Below, piece by piece: positions 14,085 to 28,898 of a stretch of 64,000 nucleotides of DNA. Both the position numbers and the translations under genes were made by a program. The number at the start of each line of letters is the position of its first letter. Within the stretch, counting starts at the first letter, position 1. Source of the stretch: Eledone cirrhosa (Eukaryota); NCBI GenBank assembly GCA_964016885.1, contig OZ024740.1, forward strand, positions 223,386,001 to 223,450,000, in the 5' to 3' direction. The notes below the pieces were generated by a model. The model had not been told where the DNA came from. It did not search any database and worked only from the letters and a program-made list of their open reading frames with translations.

Positions 14085-14142
14085 GGATTTTATATATGAC
14101 TTAAAAGAGGAGGGGGAAGCATTCATAACTTTTTTTCAAGGT

Positions 14143-14274
14143 ATCCAAGACAGATGAGTTGAAAGGAAATTATCTTCTGTCTGGAGATCTGGTACCAATG
14201 CTAGCACACAAGACGGGTGCTACTAAATATACCAAATAGCCAGATGGTAGTGTTATACCAGGTGATGGGTTACA
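14143..14274 (-). repeat. Right copy of a 132-bp inverted repeat
   Basis: Reverse complement of 10908-11039; ends GGGTTACA. Confidence 0.9.
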
Positions 14275-15797
14275 TATGCCCCTCTAAATAAAGTGTACTG
14301 CTGTTCTGAGTAAACCTCAGGAACATTTTTCTTGGATTTCGACTTCAGAATTAAATTCTTAGAAAGAGTTTAAAATTTTAAAGATAAGAAATAGTTTGAG
14401 GGGGATTTGTTCTTTCTAGCAAGTTGTGTGTCTCCATACAGGCTTTCTCTGTCATTCAGTCTAGACAAAAAGAAAACAGTAGCAATAACCTCATTAACCC
14501 CATCACTCTAAGGTGCAATGCAGATTATCTCACATAAGTACAGAAAAGCAGCAACTGCTGCTCTACAGCTTTCATAATAACAGTTTTACTAAAAACTACA
14601 AGCACACAAGAACAAAAGAACTGATATAGAGCTGCAATATATCACCCCAACTTGTAAAAAAAATGATGATGATGGTAATGATCATGATATTGGTGATGAC
14701 GATGATGTTGAGAATAACGATCACGCAAACATGGAAATACAGATGTAACAAGAATGATGGTAATGTTGATGATATTGATACTGATTATGATGATGCATGC
14801 ATTTAAAAACAGATCTAATAAAAGTGATGTTGATGTTATTGTTGATGGTGGTGTTATGTTGTTCATTTTAAACAACAGAGAATTATGATGGAAACCATGC
14901 TGAAGATGCTACATCGGTCAACAATTCACTGTTTAATGTGAAACAGTCATGGATTGTGACTAGAAGATTTGGAACAACCCATTCTGATTGTATTGTCCAT
15001 ATTTGACATACTTTCAATGACTGCATGCCCACATACCCCAATCACCTTACAGGGTGTATTGAGTGCTATTTCCATTAGACTTTCACCACTACCACTTTAA
15101 AGAGTGTACAAGCTGCATTCTTTCATAGCACTAACACTTTACATTGTGTACTAGTTGCCTTTTATCTTGGCACCAGCACTAGAGAGGTCGATGAATCCAA
15201 CCACACATTATCACTCTCTCAAACCACCCTTCTCTGATCTAGAATATGACAACTGCAAAGGTCCATACAATTACTTGGCTGGTACTTTATAGATGCCAAA
15301 ATATGAACATCAAAAAGGCTATCATCAGGATTTGAAAAAATATCCAACACTAATAACTGCCAAATCAATTAAAGTGTGTGTGTGTGTCACACCTCTTCTT
15401 ATTTAATATTGTAAGTGGTGATATATGTTTACATTTTGCATATACAGAGATTCGCAGGCTCAGCAATTAGATGTGCATATATCCGTACCTTAATTAACTC
15501 CTTACATCTTGTAATGATTTAGTGGAAAATATTTTGCATGCATGTTAATTCAAATATTTATAGTAGGTTTGCTATGACAGATTGTTGACAACGTATTTTA
15601 TGTCATAGTGTTCTTTTATGTCATAGTGTATTTTATGTCATAGTGTTCTTTTGTGCTTTTCTTTGAAAAGAGTTAAAAGAAAAGAGACGAGTGACTCTTG
15701 ACATCAAAGAGGATATTGGGATGTAGAATTCTGTCTCAAAATATTTAATCCTGTATATGCAGCATGAACAAAAACAAGCATAAACTGATGTTGATTA

Positions 15798-15837
<40 letters not shown>

Positions 15838-18044
15838 TTTGATCAGTTGTAGTGCACCTGAGCACTGTACACAATAATCTCATTATTATTTTTATTATAA
15901 ATTTGCCTGTCTTAAATAATACGAAAGTTGCTTTCTTTCATATCAATGTTTGTATGTGTGTGTATATATGTATGTGTGTATATATGTATACACACATACG
16001 TGTATATATATGTATGTGTGTGTATAAATATATATATATATAGTACCTGTATAGCTGTTATGGTGAACAAACATGGTTAAGTTACATAGGCATTGCTGAT
16101 GTTAAACAACAACAAGAGTAGTGTCATGCAGTATGCACAAAGTATTTCCTATCCCAGACTTCACTGAACATAGGCCAACCAGCAAAGCTGATGACACCAA
16201 TTATGATAATAGTTATGGTGTTGAAGAAGAGGACACTGTTGATGGCAATAATCACTGTACAATAAATGAAATTTTCTTAACTTTACAGATTAATTTATTA
16301 AAGCAAGTTATATCAATGAACTTCTGTAAAGAAATTTGTTTCTCTTTTTGGGGTTTATGACAATTTTATGATGAGCAAAGGTGCAGTAATGTTTTCAAAT
16401 TTTGACATTTAATTATAATTAAAGAAATTATTTTTACAACTGGGTAACCTTAGAATGAATATTCTATTCAACGATACAAATAGAGAAAAAGGAAGTCTGA
16501 TTCATCAGTCATGCACATTGAGGCATGAATAATTATATGCCTTGCCCAAGGACAGATTATATGATGTAATAAGGTTTGATCTTGTAAATATGTAGCCAGC
16601 AGAGCAGTACCGTATCTTAATCAATCAAGGCTAAATATTGTATTCTTTGTGTACAAAATAAACTTTTAAGCTCCAAAATCTGCCTGCTATATTATACAAT
16701 GAAGTTATGATAATACTTTCAACTAGCAATAACCATGCTTCAGATAAACCTCATTGATTTTAGTACCACTTCTGAGCAAAGCAAATAATAATGATGGTTT
16801 CTAATAGAGGCCCAAGGCCAGCAATTTAGGGGAAGGATGTGTCAATTCCATCGACCCTAGTGTTTGATAAAAGGATGAAAAATAGTTATATTACCAATAT
16901 ACTATACACAAGCCATGTAGTGTGTGTGTATATATATCCATACACTTAATTATGCATAGTGTATCTTAACATATATCATAATTAATACCATTGATATTTT
17001 TCAATATAACCATCTGTCATATATTTGTGCATTCCAGTTATGTGTAAACATATGTAGACAAACTACACACACACACATATATATATATATGAAAAATTCA
17101 AGACCCCAGGGGTCTTGAAATTTTCCTATTACCCACTCTACTACACCCATATATAGAGTATTCTGGTGAGTAATGGCCTAACTGCTTTTTGCCACCTCCA
17201 TTCTGATATATATATATATATATATAGACATGTTTCAATTTTATTTGATACTCTGAGTGAAACATATATCACCATCATCATCGCCATTTTATGTCTGTTT
17301 TTGTTTTAATAGAGAAACAGATATAAAATGGTGATGGTGATGATATATGCTTTGCTGAGGAAATGTAATAAGATTTTGTATAAGATACTCTATATACATA
17401 TTTGCTTCTCTGAATGAGATCTTTTTAATGATCTTTTTTTATTGAAATATTATGTATGTTTGTGACATATTTAATCATATATAATAATATATACAGCTTC
17501 TAAAAATTGTGAGCTGATTAACAGCCTGTATTGATTCTAGTGGTATTTTAGGCCTGCATTTTGTCTGTATATACAAATAGTTTTGTATTGTTAGACCTAC
17601 GCATGCATGCAATATTATTAGTTTTTAATTTCTTATTTCACCTTGCTGGATCGATGAGTGATGACAACATTTTCTCTCTACAACTATTTATATTATTCTT
17701 ATAACTTACAGAATTCCTTTTGATGACAAACTGTCCTGGCAATGATGGCCATATCAAATTGGAAAGGTCAGATTTAATCCTTCAGTTCAGAAACTGCAAT
17801 CAAACTGCAGTCAGGGAATTTTAATCAGGCTTTCTATATTTAGGTTGCTTGATAGGGAGTAAATCCCTTGAGAAAGTTGCTTGTGAAGTGTTCTTTAGAG
17901 TACTTTACTGAGATCTAACCTTCAGTGATTTTGTATAAGATACTCCATATATACATTTGCTTCTCTGAATGAGATCTTTTTAACAATCTCTTTTATTTGA
18001 GATGTTATACTATTCGTGACAAATATAATTATGTGTAATATTAA

Positions 18045-18252
18045 TAATTGTTTCTACTTTAGGTACAAGGCCAGCAATTTGAAGGATGGGGGTCGACTAT
18101 ATGTAACCCAGTACATTACTATTGCTTTATTCTAACAACCTCTTAAGGATGAAAGGCAAAGGTTACCCTGGCAGGATTTGAACTCAGAACATAAAGAGCC
18201 ATAAGGCTATGCTGCTAAGCCTGTTCTCCGACACTCTACCGATTCTGCCAAA
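18045..18252 (-). mobile_element. SINE family A
   Basis: Near full-length reverse copy with B box (GAGTTCAAATCC) and A box (TTGGCAGAATCGG). Confidence 0.85.
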
Positions 18253-18464
18253 TAATATATATATATATAAATAAAGTTTATATAGTACCAGAGATTGGAA
18301 GCACTGTAAACTGACATCTGTTTCTTGCTGTGCAGAGCCATTTACAATGAGTTATAAAACTTCTGATTTGTAATTTAGCACTGTTGTCAGAGTGAGTTTA
18401 TTAATATGCTTAATAATATTTCATGCAGAATAACACTTGGAACATCTAATACATAAAATCACTC

Positions 18465-18567
18465 GTCGAGGTTAACTTTGCCTTTCATCCTTACGGGGTC
18501 GATAAAATAAAGTACCAGTAAAGTACTGGGTAATTGCTGGCCTTGTGCCAACAAGTAGAAACAATTA
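18465..18567 (+). mobile_element. SINE family A (3' half)
   Basis: GAGGTTAACTTTGCCTTTCATCCTTACGGGGTCGATAAAATAAAGTACCAG...GTAGAAACAATTA. Confidence 0.9.
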
Positions 18568-18723
18568 TAATGAGCTATATTATAATACTTTGAAATAACA
18601 TTACATCCAAACATCAAAGACTTCTCTCACAATGATATACATATCTTATTCATCACCACTTTTGAACTTTTTGGAAACGTATAACTACTACCATTAATAT
18701 AACTATAATATTAACATTACTAC

Positions 18724-18785
<62 letters not shown>

Positions 18786-21700
18786 TTTCTGCAGTTGCCA
18801 TCTGGCAAATTCCACTCACAAGATAATGGTCAATCCAAAGATATAGTAATGGAACGAAGCTAAAACTATATGGTTGAGAAGTTAATTCACTGCATAATCA
18901 CACAGCAATGCCCACACCTATGTGATTCAATATATTTTGAAAAATATAATTTAGAAATGTTTAGTTAAACAACTTTAGTCAATTTTTATTAAGTTGCTGT
19001 GTTGAATATAACAGATTTTTTCATAAAATTATGATGGAAGAAATTTATACATGAACATTTTAAAACAGTCAATTTTTCATGAGAGAATCAGAATTTTTGT
19101 TAGGTGAGATTGTAGTGAAATTATTAAGAACCATGAAATATCAAAACTCATTACTCATAACATAGTGTAAATTGTATTTTGATTATTATACATGAAAGAA
19201 CTATAGCAAAAGATGTTCATCTATATCATCAAATTAACATTTCCCATCCGTTATGATTTGCTGATATGGGACAATTGTCAGCCTCAACAACGCTTTTTAA
19301 CCCTAGATCAACTCAGATTGATCAGACCTATGAGGAAATGAATTCAAGTTGGGATCATTTGATTTTTTTCAAGTTTATTATAGTATGCATCACATTATCC
19401 AATGTCCTTATTTTAAAGTTGTAAGTTTTAATTTGAGGAAGAATTGTTTGCTATTTCTAGTAGGTTTAATGATAATGTAGAGACTCTGCAGGTTAGTCTA
19501 TTTAAGTTGTAGCATAGATAATGTGTTTGTAGTCTATTTAAGTTGTAGCATAGATAATGTGTTTGAGAAGCAAAAATTCCTTAGCAGACAAATTTAAATT
19601 ATTTAAAGTTTTAATTGAAAAATTACACAAATTTGTTTCTTTTAATGTATTTATGACAAGTTCAAATTAGATACTTAACCTTTTTAGTGTTATGGCCTTT
19701 TTTACTATATAATGAAAAACAGCAATGCAATTATCAAAAAAAAACAAAAAAAAAAAAAAAAAAAACAGTATGATTCAAATAAAATAGATTAACTATTTCT
19801 CAGAAGTGATAGATATTTCTCAAACTTGTAAATTAGGCAAAAAATTGCTACTAATAAAACCAGGTAAAATTTAATTAATTATGATAATTTTTTCACTTGC
19901 CTACTAATGAATATTTGGACAAACTGTAAAATTCTGACTTCTTGCAGAATTAGACAGTATAACCTAAATTATCAAAACTGCCAAATTTCTGGAAGGTTAT
20001 TAGGCTAAAATTAAAATTAACTATGCCCCATAACATAAGATGTGCCCCTCAGCATAACTGATTTGTTTGGAAGTATGTTACACATTTAGACTGAAGTATC
20101 AGTTTTGTAATATTTTTAGTTATGTTATCAACACCAATATATAGGACTTGCAGGGCTACAAAGGAAACCCCCAAAAATTCATACACATCAGTTATAAATT
20201 ATGTACTAAATTGTATGAGTAATTTAGAGTTATTGTTTTACATCTGATTTTCTATGGTTGAGTGAATCCCTGAGCTTATCCAACTTCCATGGGTGTTAAG
20301 AAAATCAAAGTGAAAAATACCATCCATGGTAGGGCTAACCCGCCAGAAACTGCTGATACTTATTTACAACTTAGTGGCCTAGAGTAATGTGATAAGATGT
20401 CACCTGATTGGGGAATCAAAGCCATATGATCGTAAGCCCAACACCTAACCGCAAGGGAATGTGCCTTTGCTACAATACCATATATCACTTGAATCATCTT
20501 GCCTAGGTGTTGATTCATAGAACTCTATTGTTGAACAGAAGTGTACAATGATGAAAATATTTTTTAAAAGGTATGAAATAATAAACAGGAGTGAAAGGGG
20601 AATACATAGGTTGTGGGTGTTAACTAATAAAAAAAGGGTGTATCACAGCTATGCCTTGTGAGCAAGATGGTGAAAACATTGCCACGGAGAACAGACTGTA
20701 TTATCCACTGCATCAGCCATTCCATATCACGGGATCCCTTCTTTAGGCAGGATGCACTTATCCTGATTTTGCTAGAGAGAAGGGGTGTCCATAAAGGACA
20801 CTGAAGGTTTCAAAAGCGATTGACATGAAAAGGAAGCAGTTGTTCAAGTTCCAGTGTTTGGATATCTTCGATAATTTGAATTGGTTTATACTATTACAAA
20901 TAGGATCCTCTTTACTATGTATTCTCATCAATAGAATGTTTAATAATGAGAAAAATCTTTAAAATATGGATGAGTTCAACTATAATAGTTATGAAACTTT
21001 GGTTTTGGGCAATATCCAAATACTAGTGTTGTTGTTTGGGATATTTTGGTGTCACTACAAATCAAAAGTTATCAGACAATTCAACTAGCTGAGTGACTCT
21101 GAAAATTTTCTGGCAAAATTAATGGTACTTGGATGACTTCCAGAAATGAAGTTCAAGTAATTCAGCCTACAACAATATATTTTGCACTATATTAACTCCA
21201 GAATTACCATAATCTAAAATGGAATGATATTTAAGCTTAACATAATTTGCAAAATATGTTAGATAATATTGTTACTGAAAACATACATTAAGACAGAAAT
21301 GGTAACACATAAAAAAGGAGATAAACATAAACAAACAATAACTGTCTGCATTCTTGGCTAGAGTTTATTCCAATACATTGCCATTAAATTATGGAATCTA
21401 TATATAAATAATATTTGGTTTTAAAATGAAAAGGAATAATGCGATGTTGCATACACAGAGACAGTTTATTCTAAATATACGAAGTTATAATTTAATCTTG
21501 CTTTATATACTTAAAATATTCAACTATGTTCATAGCATGGTTTATTGATTTACAGGGTATCTCATTTTACCTTAACACTTTTTAACTCTTTATTTCAAAA
21601 TCATCCAAAGCTATGTGATTTTATGAAACTAAATCCTTTGTTTTAAAGGGTTTTATTTAAATTAAAATTTGCCAACATAATTTCATATAAAACCAGATGA

Positions 21701-22899
21701 TATGTTACTATCTTAATAATTAAATAAACTATTTTCACAATTCTTCAAAATGTTCAATTGATTGAAATAGAAATACGGCCATTAGGAATATAATTACAAA
21801 ATGCTTAATGACTTATAATTTTAACTTTTAGACTGCTTTCTCCACATTGGTCATTTGCATTAAAAAAATGTATTATATTTTCCTATAACTTAATTTATTT
21901 TTTCTTACAGACTTAAATAATTAATTGGGGAAAATTAATTTTCATGTGTAGAGAAAAAGAGTTTGATATTAATGGGTTAAACGTTTTACAATTAAGTGAA
22001 AGAATTTCATTTGTAATTTAATGCAAAAGTCCTCTTGCTAGAAACACGATTTTACATTATGACAAAAACGTAGCCCTTTTTTACTAATCCACTTAAATTT
22101 GTATTTATTTCTATGACACAAACAATTTTAAAGTGTTTATATTTATCTAATAAACTTTGCATCAAAATTGAGTGTAAGAGCCCTTGTTTAGTTATGATTT
22201 AAATGCCAATTCAATTATATGAAAATGAGTTATGTTACTCAATCCGTATTAAGTTCTAGTTGTTTTCATTGTATTTCCTTAGAAATACAGTACCAAATGA
22301 GTTAACAGATGGGGAGCCAAAGAAAATCGAAATTATATATAAGTAAAAAGTGACAATGAAAAGTGAGATACCCTGTATGTCAAAATGTATTGTATGATGT
22401 ACATGCTTTTTGTAAGGGTATTAGCTCCAATTTTCAATTAAAGTAAGCATATTGATTTGACTGAGAGTTGAAACTGCTGAGAGGTGCCATGCTATTTCTA
22501 TCAGCCCAAACTAGAATATTTAATTTAGTATGTCTATATTTGGAACTCAAATCCTGCTTGTGTTAATATACTAAGTACAAGTAATATAGCATTTCACTTT
22601 TTGTGGTATAGTACGAGGAGGAAGGTAGGACCTATGATATTTGTAAGCCCTTCTATAATATTGTGATTGATGCAGTTGAAGTTTACTCTGTGAATTTGTA
22701 TGTAGATGACTGGTAAAAATATGGGTAGTCAGAATTCCAATCAGTAGCATTTTTAACGATGACGTGTTCATCAAATTGTTAATTGTATGTGTGTGTAAAA
22801 CTAAAATTGTCAATTTCCTTAACTTGAATGTAAATATATCCAGATTAAATCAGGCCCAACCACAAACTGATCCATACATAAACCAAACATTGACAGTCG

Positions 22900-24240
22900 A
22901 CTTAAGACACCCAAACCATGCAGCTTAAGGATGAGCTAAATCATGCCTATTCTTCTAAATATGACCCCACCATCCTATGAAACAAAGCACCAACTTACAT
23001 CAATCCCTGGTTCAGTGACTACAATGCTATAGCTGTAGATTGATAAACCCAGCTAGAACAAAATGAGTTCTTGTTAGTAACAAAAAACTTCTTACAATGG
23101 AACAACCTATCTGTCATATCCTAGTTCAGAGACATCTCACAGAAAACTAGAACTAGGTTCAACTATTTCGATATAATAGATTCTACTGCTCAATTTCTAC
23201 GTATCTTTTAGACAAAGCTGTAGAGTTTACCCATAGGTTTAGTTACATTAGCCACCAGGAATTGGAAATAATTATGCATACCTCAAAGACCATCTGGTTT
23301 ATCAGCGGGTATATATGGGGTAACATATCTGACACTATTAGTCTATATTGAGATGTTGGCCTTTGTTTATTATACAATTGCAATGGTATTTCCCAAAACA
23401 GATTCCATAAGGATCTAATCTCTCCAACACCAATTTCCTTGACATTCATTTCGAATTGGCTTTGGGTGTAAACTATACCATAAAACTCACAAAAAAATTA
23501 AATATATAAACAGAGGTTCTTGCCACTCCCTTCTGTAGTTTAAAAACACTCTAGTCTCTAATATTAGTCTTGGGATTTCCAAACATTTATTCATTAAGCA
23601 AATATTCAATATAAATATAAATAGAAAGAAAGTAATCTGGTTTACCCTACTTACTCAACATAAAAACAAATGTACAAAGGGTATTCTTAGATCTAATAGA
23701 AAAGCACCCCCACACAACATAGACACAGTAAAATATTCAGTAGGTGCTCAGTGAATACAAGCTATTCTTGCAGGCCCTCTATGTGATCAAATATTTCTGC
23801 TAAAACCTAACCTGATGTAGATCACGCAAAGTAATGAAAAACTGCCATCTTCAGCAGAGATGTAATATCAAGTCCATTTGTATATGAAGCCAGGGTTACT
23901 TGTATCACCATGCAGAATGTAGTGAAAGATAAGTAGATATGGTACAAGATCATTTGAAATAACCAAACTACTCACATATCTCTTTCCGTAATCCACATTG
24001 AAATAAAGTCCACCATGGCCCTGGCAAAGGTCTAGCAGTTAAAAGATAAAAGAGTCCTTGCTAAGATAAAGTGGATAATTCATTAATGGAACAAATATGT
24101 GTTTCTTCTGACTTAGTAAAAAGTGCAGGATTTTCCTGGACTTGAACTCATCAAAAACTCTAAGAACAGGGTATTCAATGCTGTTCACATCTCAAGGGAT
24201 ACCTGTTTCTTCATGAAAGAACCACAGCCAAGATACACAA
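22900..24240 (+). mobile_element. Highly degraded Penelope-like retroelement (RT + linker + GIY-YIG remnant)
   Basis: Broken-frame motifs CRLINPART, FDIID, LDKAVEF...ISHQELEIIMHTSKTIWF, KVIWF...KTNVQRVFLDLIEKH..QHRHSKIFSR..SYSC. The linker motifs parallel those of the element at 60314-61788. Boundaries approximate. Confidence 0.75.
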
Positions 24241-24958
24241 TCAGTACAAACAGAAATGTTACATCTACCATAATTACAATACATTAACACGCTTTTCTGC
24301 ATGCCACACAAGCCACAGTTTTCCAAAACATACACCATACTATCAATTGACTTAACTTATACATAAAAGAATAGACAGAGACATAGAAACACACATTACA
24401 AATATACACATTACTAAACAAGAAAAGCCTCCTATATAAAATGGATCAACACATCTTATGAGTCATGAAACTCTCATTTAGACATTAACTCTGCACCAAA
24501 ACACCAGTGCCTTGAAACCTAAGGTAGTACAATACATACTATGTGTATGAATCATAATAAATTGTCTCTATTGCACTAGATAGTGTGCACCTTTACTTTT
24601 TATTTCATATAGATATATTCAGCACATTTTATGAAGTAAATAAATATTTATAAGAGTAGAGAATAACCAATAAAGTGTAATTCCAAAAATATCTGAAGCA
24701 CTTCAGAAATTAATAAAAAGATCTTTGGAAGAATGTTTTGTTTATATACACATATATTCTTTCTTTTGGTCTTTCACTGGTTTACATAATTAGACTAAGG
24801 ATTTAATCAATTATATCAGCCCTGATGCTTTTTTTTTATCAAGTCTGATAATTAGTTTATGAATCTTCTGTTTTTTAATGTTCAGATATTGGGCATACAC
24901 ACACAAACATATGTACAAATGTGGATACAGACGTATAAAGACTCCTCAACACACACAA

Positions 24959-24964
24959 AAAGAG

Positions 24965-25050
<86 letters not shown>
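24959..25050. repeat. (GA)n(GT)n microsatellite
   Basis: Direct inspection. Confidence 0.97.
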
Positions 25051-25052
<2 letters not shown>

Positions 25053-26605
25053 GGGCTTCTACACTCTTTTGTCTATCAAATTTCTTTCAAAAGGCATTAG
25101 GCAACCCAATGCTATACCAGGCACTTGCCTAAGGTGCCATGCAGCAGGAGTGAACCTGAAACACATGATTACAAAGCAAACTCATTAGCTGCACTAGTGT
25201 GTGTTAGACAAATGCAAGCTGTCCAACACATGTCAGCATGGAAAGATAACAGATGATGCTGAGGCTATTGGGGATGAGGTTGACAATATAAACTGGATTT
25301 CTAATGAATTGTAATTTTATAATAGAAATTACAGATATGATGTATACATTCTTGAATCATCCTCTAATCTGAAATAAATTTCCATAAAATACTTCAAAAT
25401 TTTATAGTCCTTTTCAGTTACAATAAACCTAATATGGAAAATATGCTGTTCACATAAATCAATTAAAACTCATTTTATTAGTAAAAGATTCATTAATTCA
25501 AATTATTCCATTTGATACTAACCTTCCAAAAACTCTCTTTATTTCTATAAAACAAAAACCGCTCATATAAAATGTTTCCTATTTAAACTAAAATTTTCCA
25601 ACAATTTGATATAAAACGTCATAATGAATTGTGTTTAATAATTAATTCTTAATTACTTCATATACACTGTATGTATTTGGAAATATGGTAACAAAAGAGA
25701 TAATGCTAAAGGTTGAATGTTAGTGGAGTTACATAATACTTATGATTATATTCCTCTTTTGAAAATAAGTGACTCTCGGTTATTCAATAATAATTGAAAT
25801 AATTTCCAACAATAATTAATAAGAAAGTAAGCTGAATTAAAATTAAAAAAATATGCATTTTGCTATCTTTATAATAGCCTTCTGAGTCAGTTCATAAAGC
25901 AAAGTTAATAAAGATTGAAATAAATTTAATCTAACGAATCACTAAAAAGTTTACACACAGAAAGACAAAGAAATCACAACAATGGCCGTCATAAAACCTA
26001 TCAATAAGCTAAATTTTCTTCCCAACAAATTTTATTCAATTAAATCAGGTGGAAATCAAATTCTTCTATTGATTTTATTTACATGGCCAAGATTTTTTGC
26101 TGCATTGTCTTTATTATTGATCATCTTACATTTCAGAATACTTTCTTAACGTTTCTCATTTGACATGGCTAAAATCAGCTTAATGTAATGTTTGTTATTG
26201 ACTATTGCAACTATTGAACTATTATTTAAAATATGACTTCATGTAATGAAAATGAAAGAAAGCCATATTTCTAATGATAAAAAATTGAAATAAGATTTTG
26301 ATTGAAATAATCTCATATAGTTGGCTCTATATACATTAATACTGTTCTAAATCCGTGGATAAGAAAAAATACGTTTATAATGCTGCAAATATCTTAATAC
26401 CATCGTACTACAGTCATACATTTCTTTTATTAGTTATGTGGCTAAACATTCCCTCTGCATGTACGTTGTGTAGTGCGGCATTTTATCCCACAGCAAGCCA
26501 AATTTGGCAAGTATTTTCTATTGTAGCCACAGGCGAACCAATGAATAACTGCGTGCGTGCGTGCGTGTGTGTGTCTACATATATATATATATACATGTGT
26601 GTGTA

Positions 26606-27268
<663 letters not shown>

Positions 27269-28187
27269 TATATATATACACATACATATCTTTCTTAGAG
27301 CTAGTTTGTTGTAAGAGACTATTTTGAGTTCCTAACTCAATGTATACCTTTGATATATATACATACATATATTTTTCATGTTACAATTGTTAAAAGTTCA
27401 TGCTATCTGCTTTGCATGTGTTTTACATCATTATCTGACTTGGTGTAAATATTTCTACATATGTAAAATGCCAGTTGTTTTTTTAATGTAACTATTTGGC
27501 TTTTGTCTATTATGAAACAACCTTATATATGTCAGAGAATGCATATGGGAATAAAGAAAGGAAATAAATGAAATATATAAAAGTTGCATCTTGGGGTATA
27601 AGGAGGATAAGGTTAGGAAATTTTGCAATAGGCAAACCGTCAATTACTCCAATGTCTTCAGCTTTTCTTCATAGTTTATTCTGTACCCAAGTAGCTAAAA
27701 GCAATTAATGAAAATTCTTTTTCCACCTTTGGGGCATAAATCTGAAGATGTTTTCAAACCTAGAAACTCAATCAGATAGGCTGGTTGCCAATTCAGATGA
27801 AGTGACAAAAACGCCCTTGAGGAATATTGATTCTACTTTAATGAACACCCCCATGAGTATAATATATATTGTTCTGAATTTTAATATTTGACTTCTCATT
27901 CATACCTAAAACCATTATAATCTATGGATGATTAAGGTCTGCAAATGTTTATCAAAATATAATATTTATTATTATATTTATTTAATACACAGTATATGAA
28001 TTCTACATTTAATGAATGTTTATTGTGTATATTTCACGAACACCAAATAAACATGTATAAAACTATTTATTCTGAATTGGTGTCTTGTATGTAAAATGTA
28101 TATTTCATGAAGACTTCTTAATGTTAGGGTGAAATATATCAGGACACAAATTATATGTATGAGTTAATGTATATATCTGTGCAAGAT

Positions 28188-28231
<44 letters not shown>

Positions 28232-28235
<4 letters not shown>

Positions 28236-28405
28236 TAGGTAGAGAATCAGATGCCATGCTTTCCAGCATAGCTACGTCCTTTTACGATCCAAGTTCAAAT
28301 CCCGCCGAGGTTAACTTTGCGTTTCATCCTTACGGGGTCGATAAAATAAAGTACCAGTAATGTACTGGGTAATTGCTGGCCTTGTGGCAAAAGTAGAAAC
28401 AGTTA
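28232..28405 (+). mobile_element. SINE family A
   Basis: Same consensus; inserted next to (TA)n. Confidence 0.9.
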
Positions 28406-28848
28406 TTTTTATTTCTCTCTCTCTGAGAGAGAGTGAGAGGGGGGGAGTGGTTAGGGAAGTGGTCATGCTGCGAATAAAACACATGAACATGTTGGTTTTA
28501 GTTTCAATTTATTATAAACTCCCAGTCAGATAGTTTAATAACAGGATGGTTGTTTAGTTTTTGATAGTCAAAGTTATTTTGTTCTGTCATACAGGATGGC
28601 ATAGGGCAGATTAAAGGAGTAACACAAAATAACAGCAAAGATAGTCATTGAGGAGGTTACAGAATGTGTGACAAATGAGCATTGACAATCAACACCGAAA
28701 ATACCATCCAACTATCAAACTAACCGACTGGAAAATTGTAATAAATGGAAGTGTTTTTATTAGCAGCATGACCCTCCCAAAATATATCAATATCTCTTTC
28801 AACATACATCTTGCAAAACAAATATGAAAGCGAAGTGTGTGTGTGTGC

Positions 28849-28896
<48 letters not shown>

Positions 28897-28898
<2 letters not shown>

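Noticed and set aside
15596-15650. Short tandem duplications (18-bp x3 here; ~41 bp at 19495-19565; ~47 bp at 34166-34253)
   Set aside because: Simple slippage duplications without spacers; not CRISPR-like.
22606-22800. Open minus-strand frames behind AG acceptors here and at 6470-6573
   Set aside because: Weak donors and no recognisable protein similarity.
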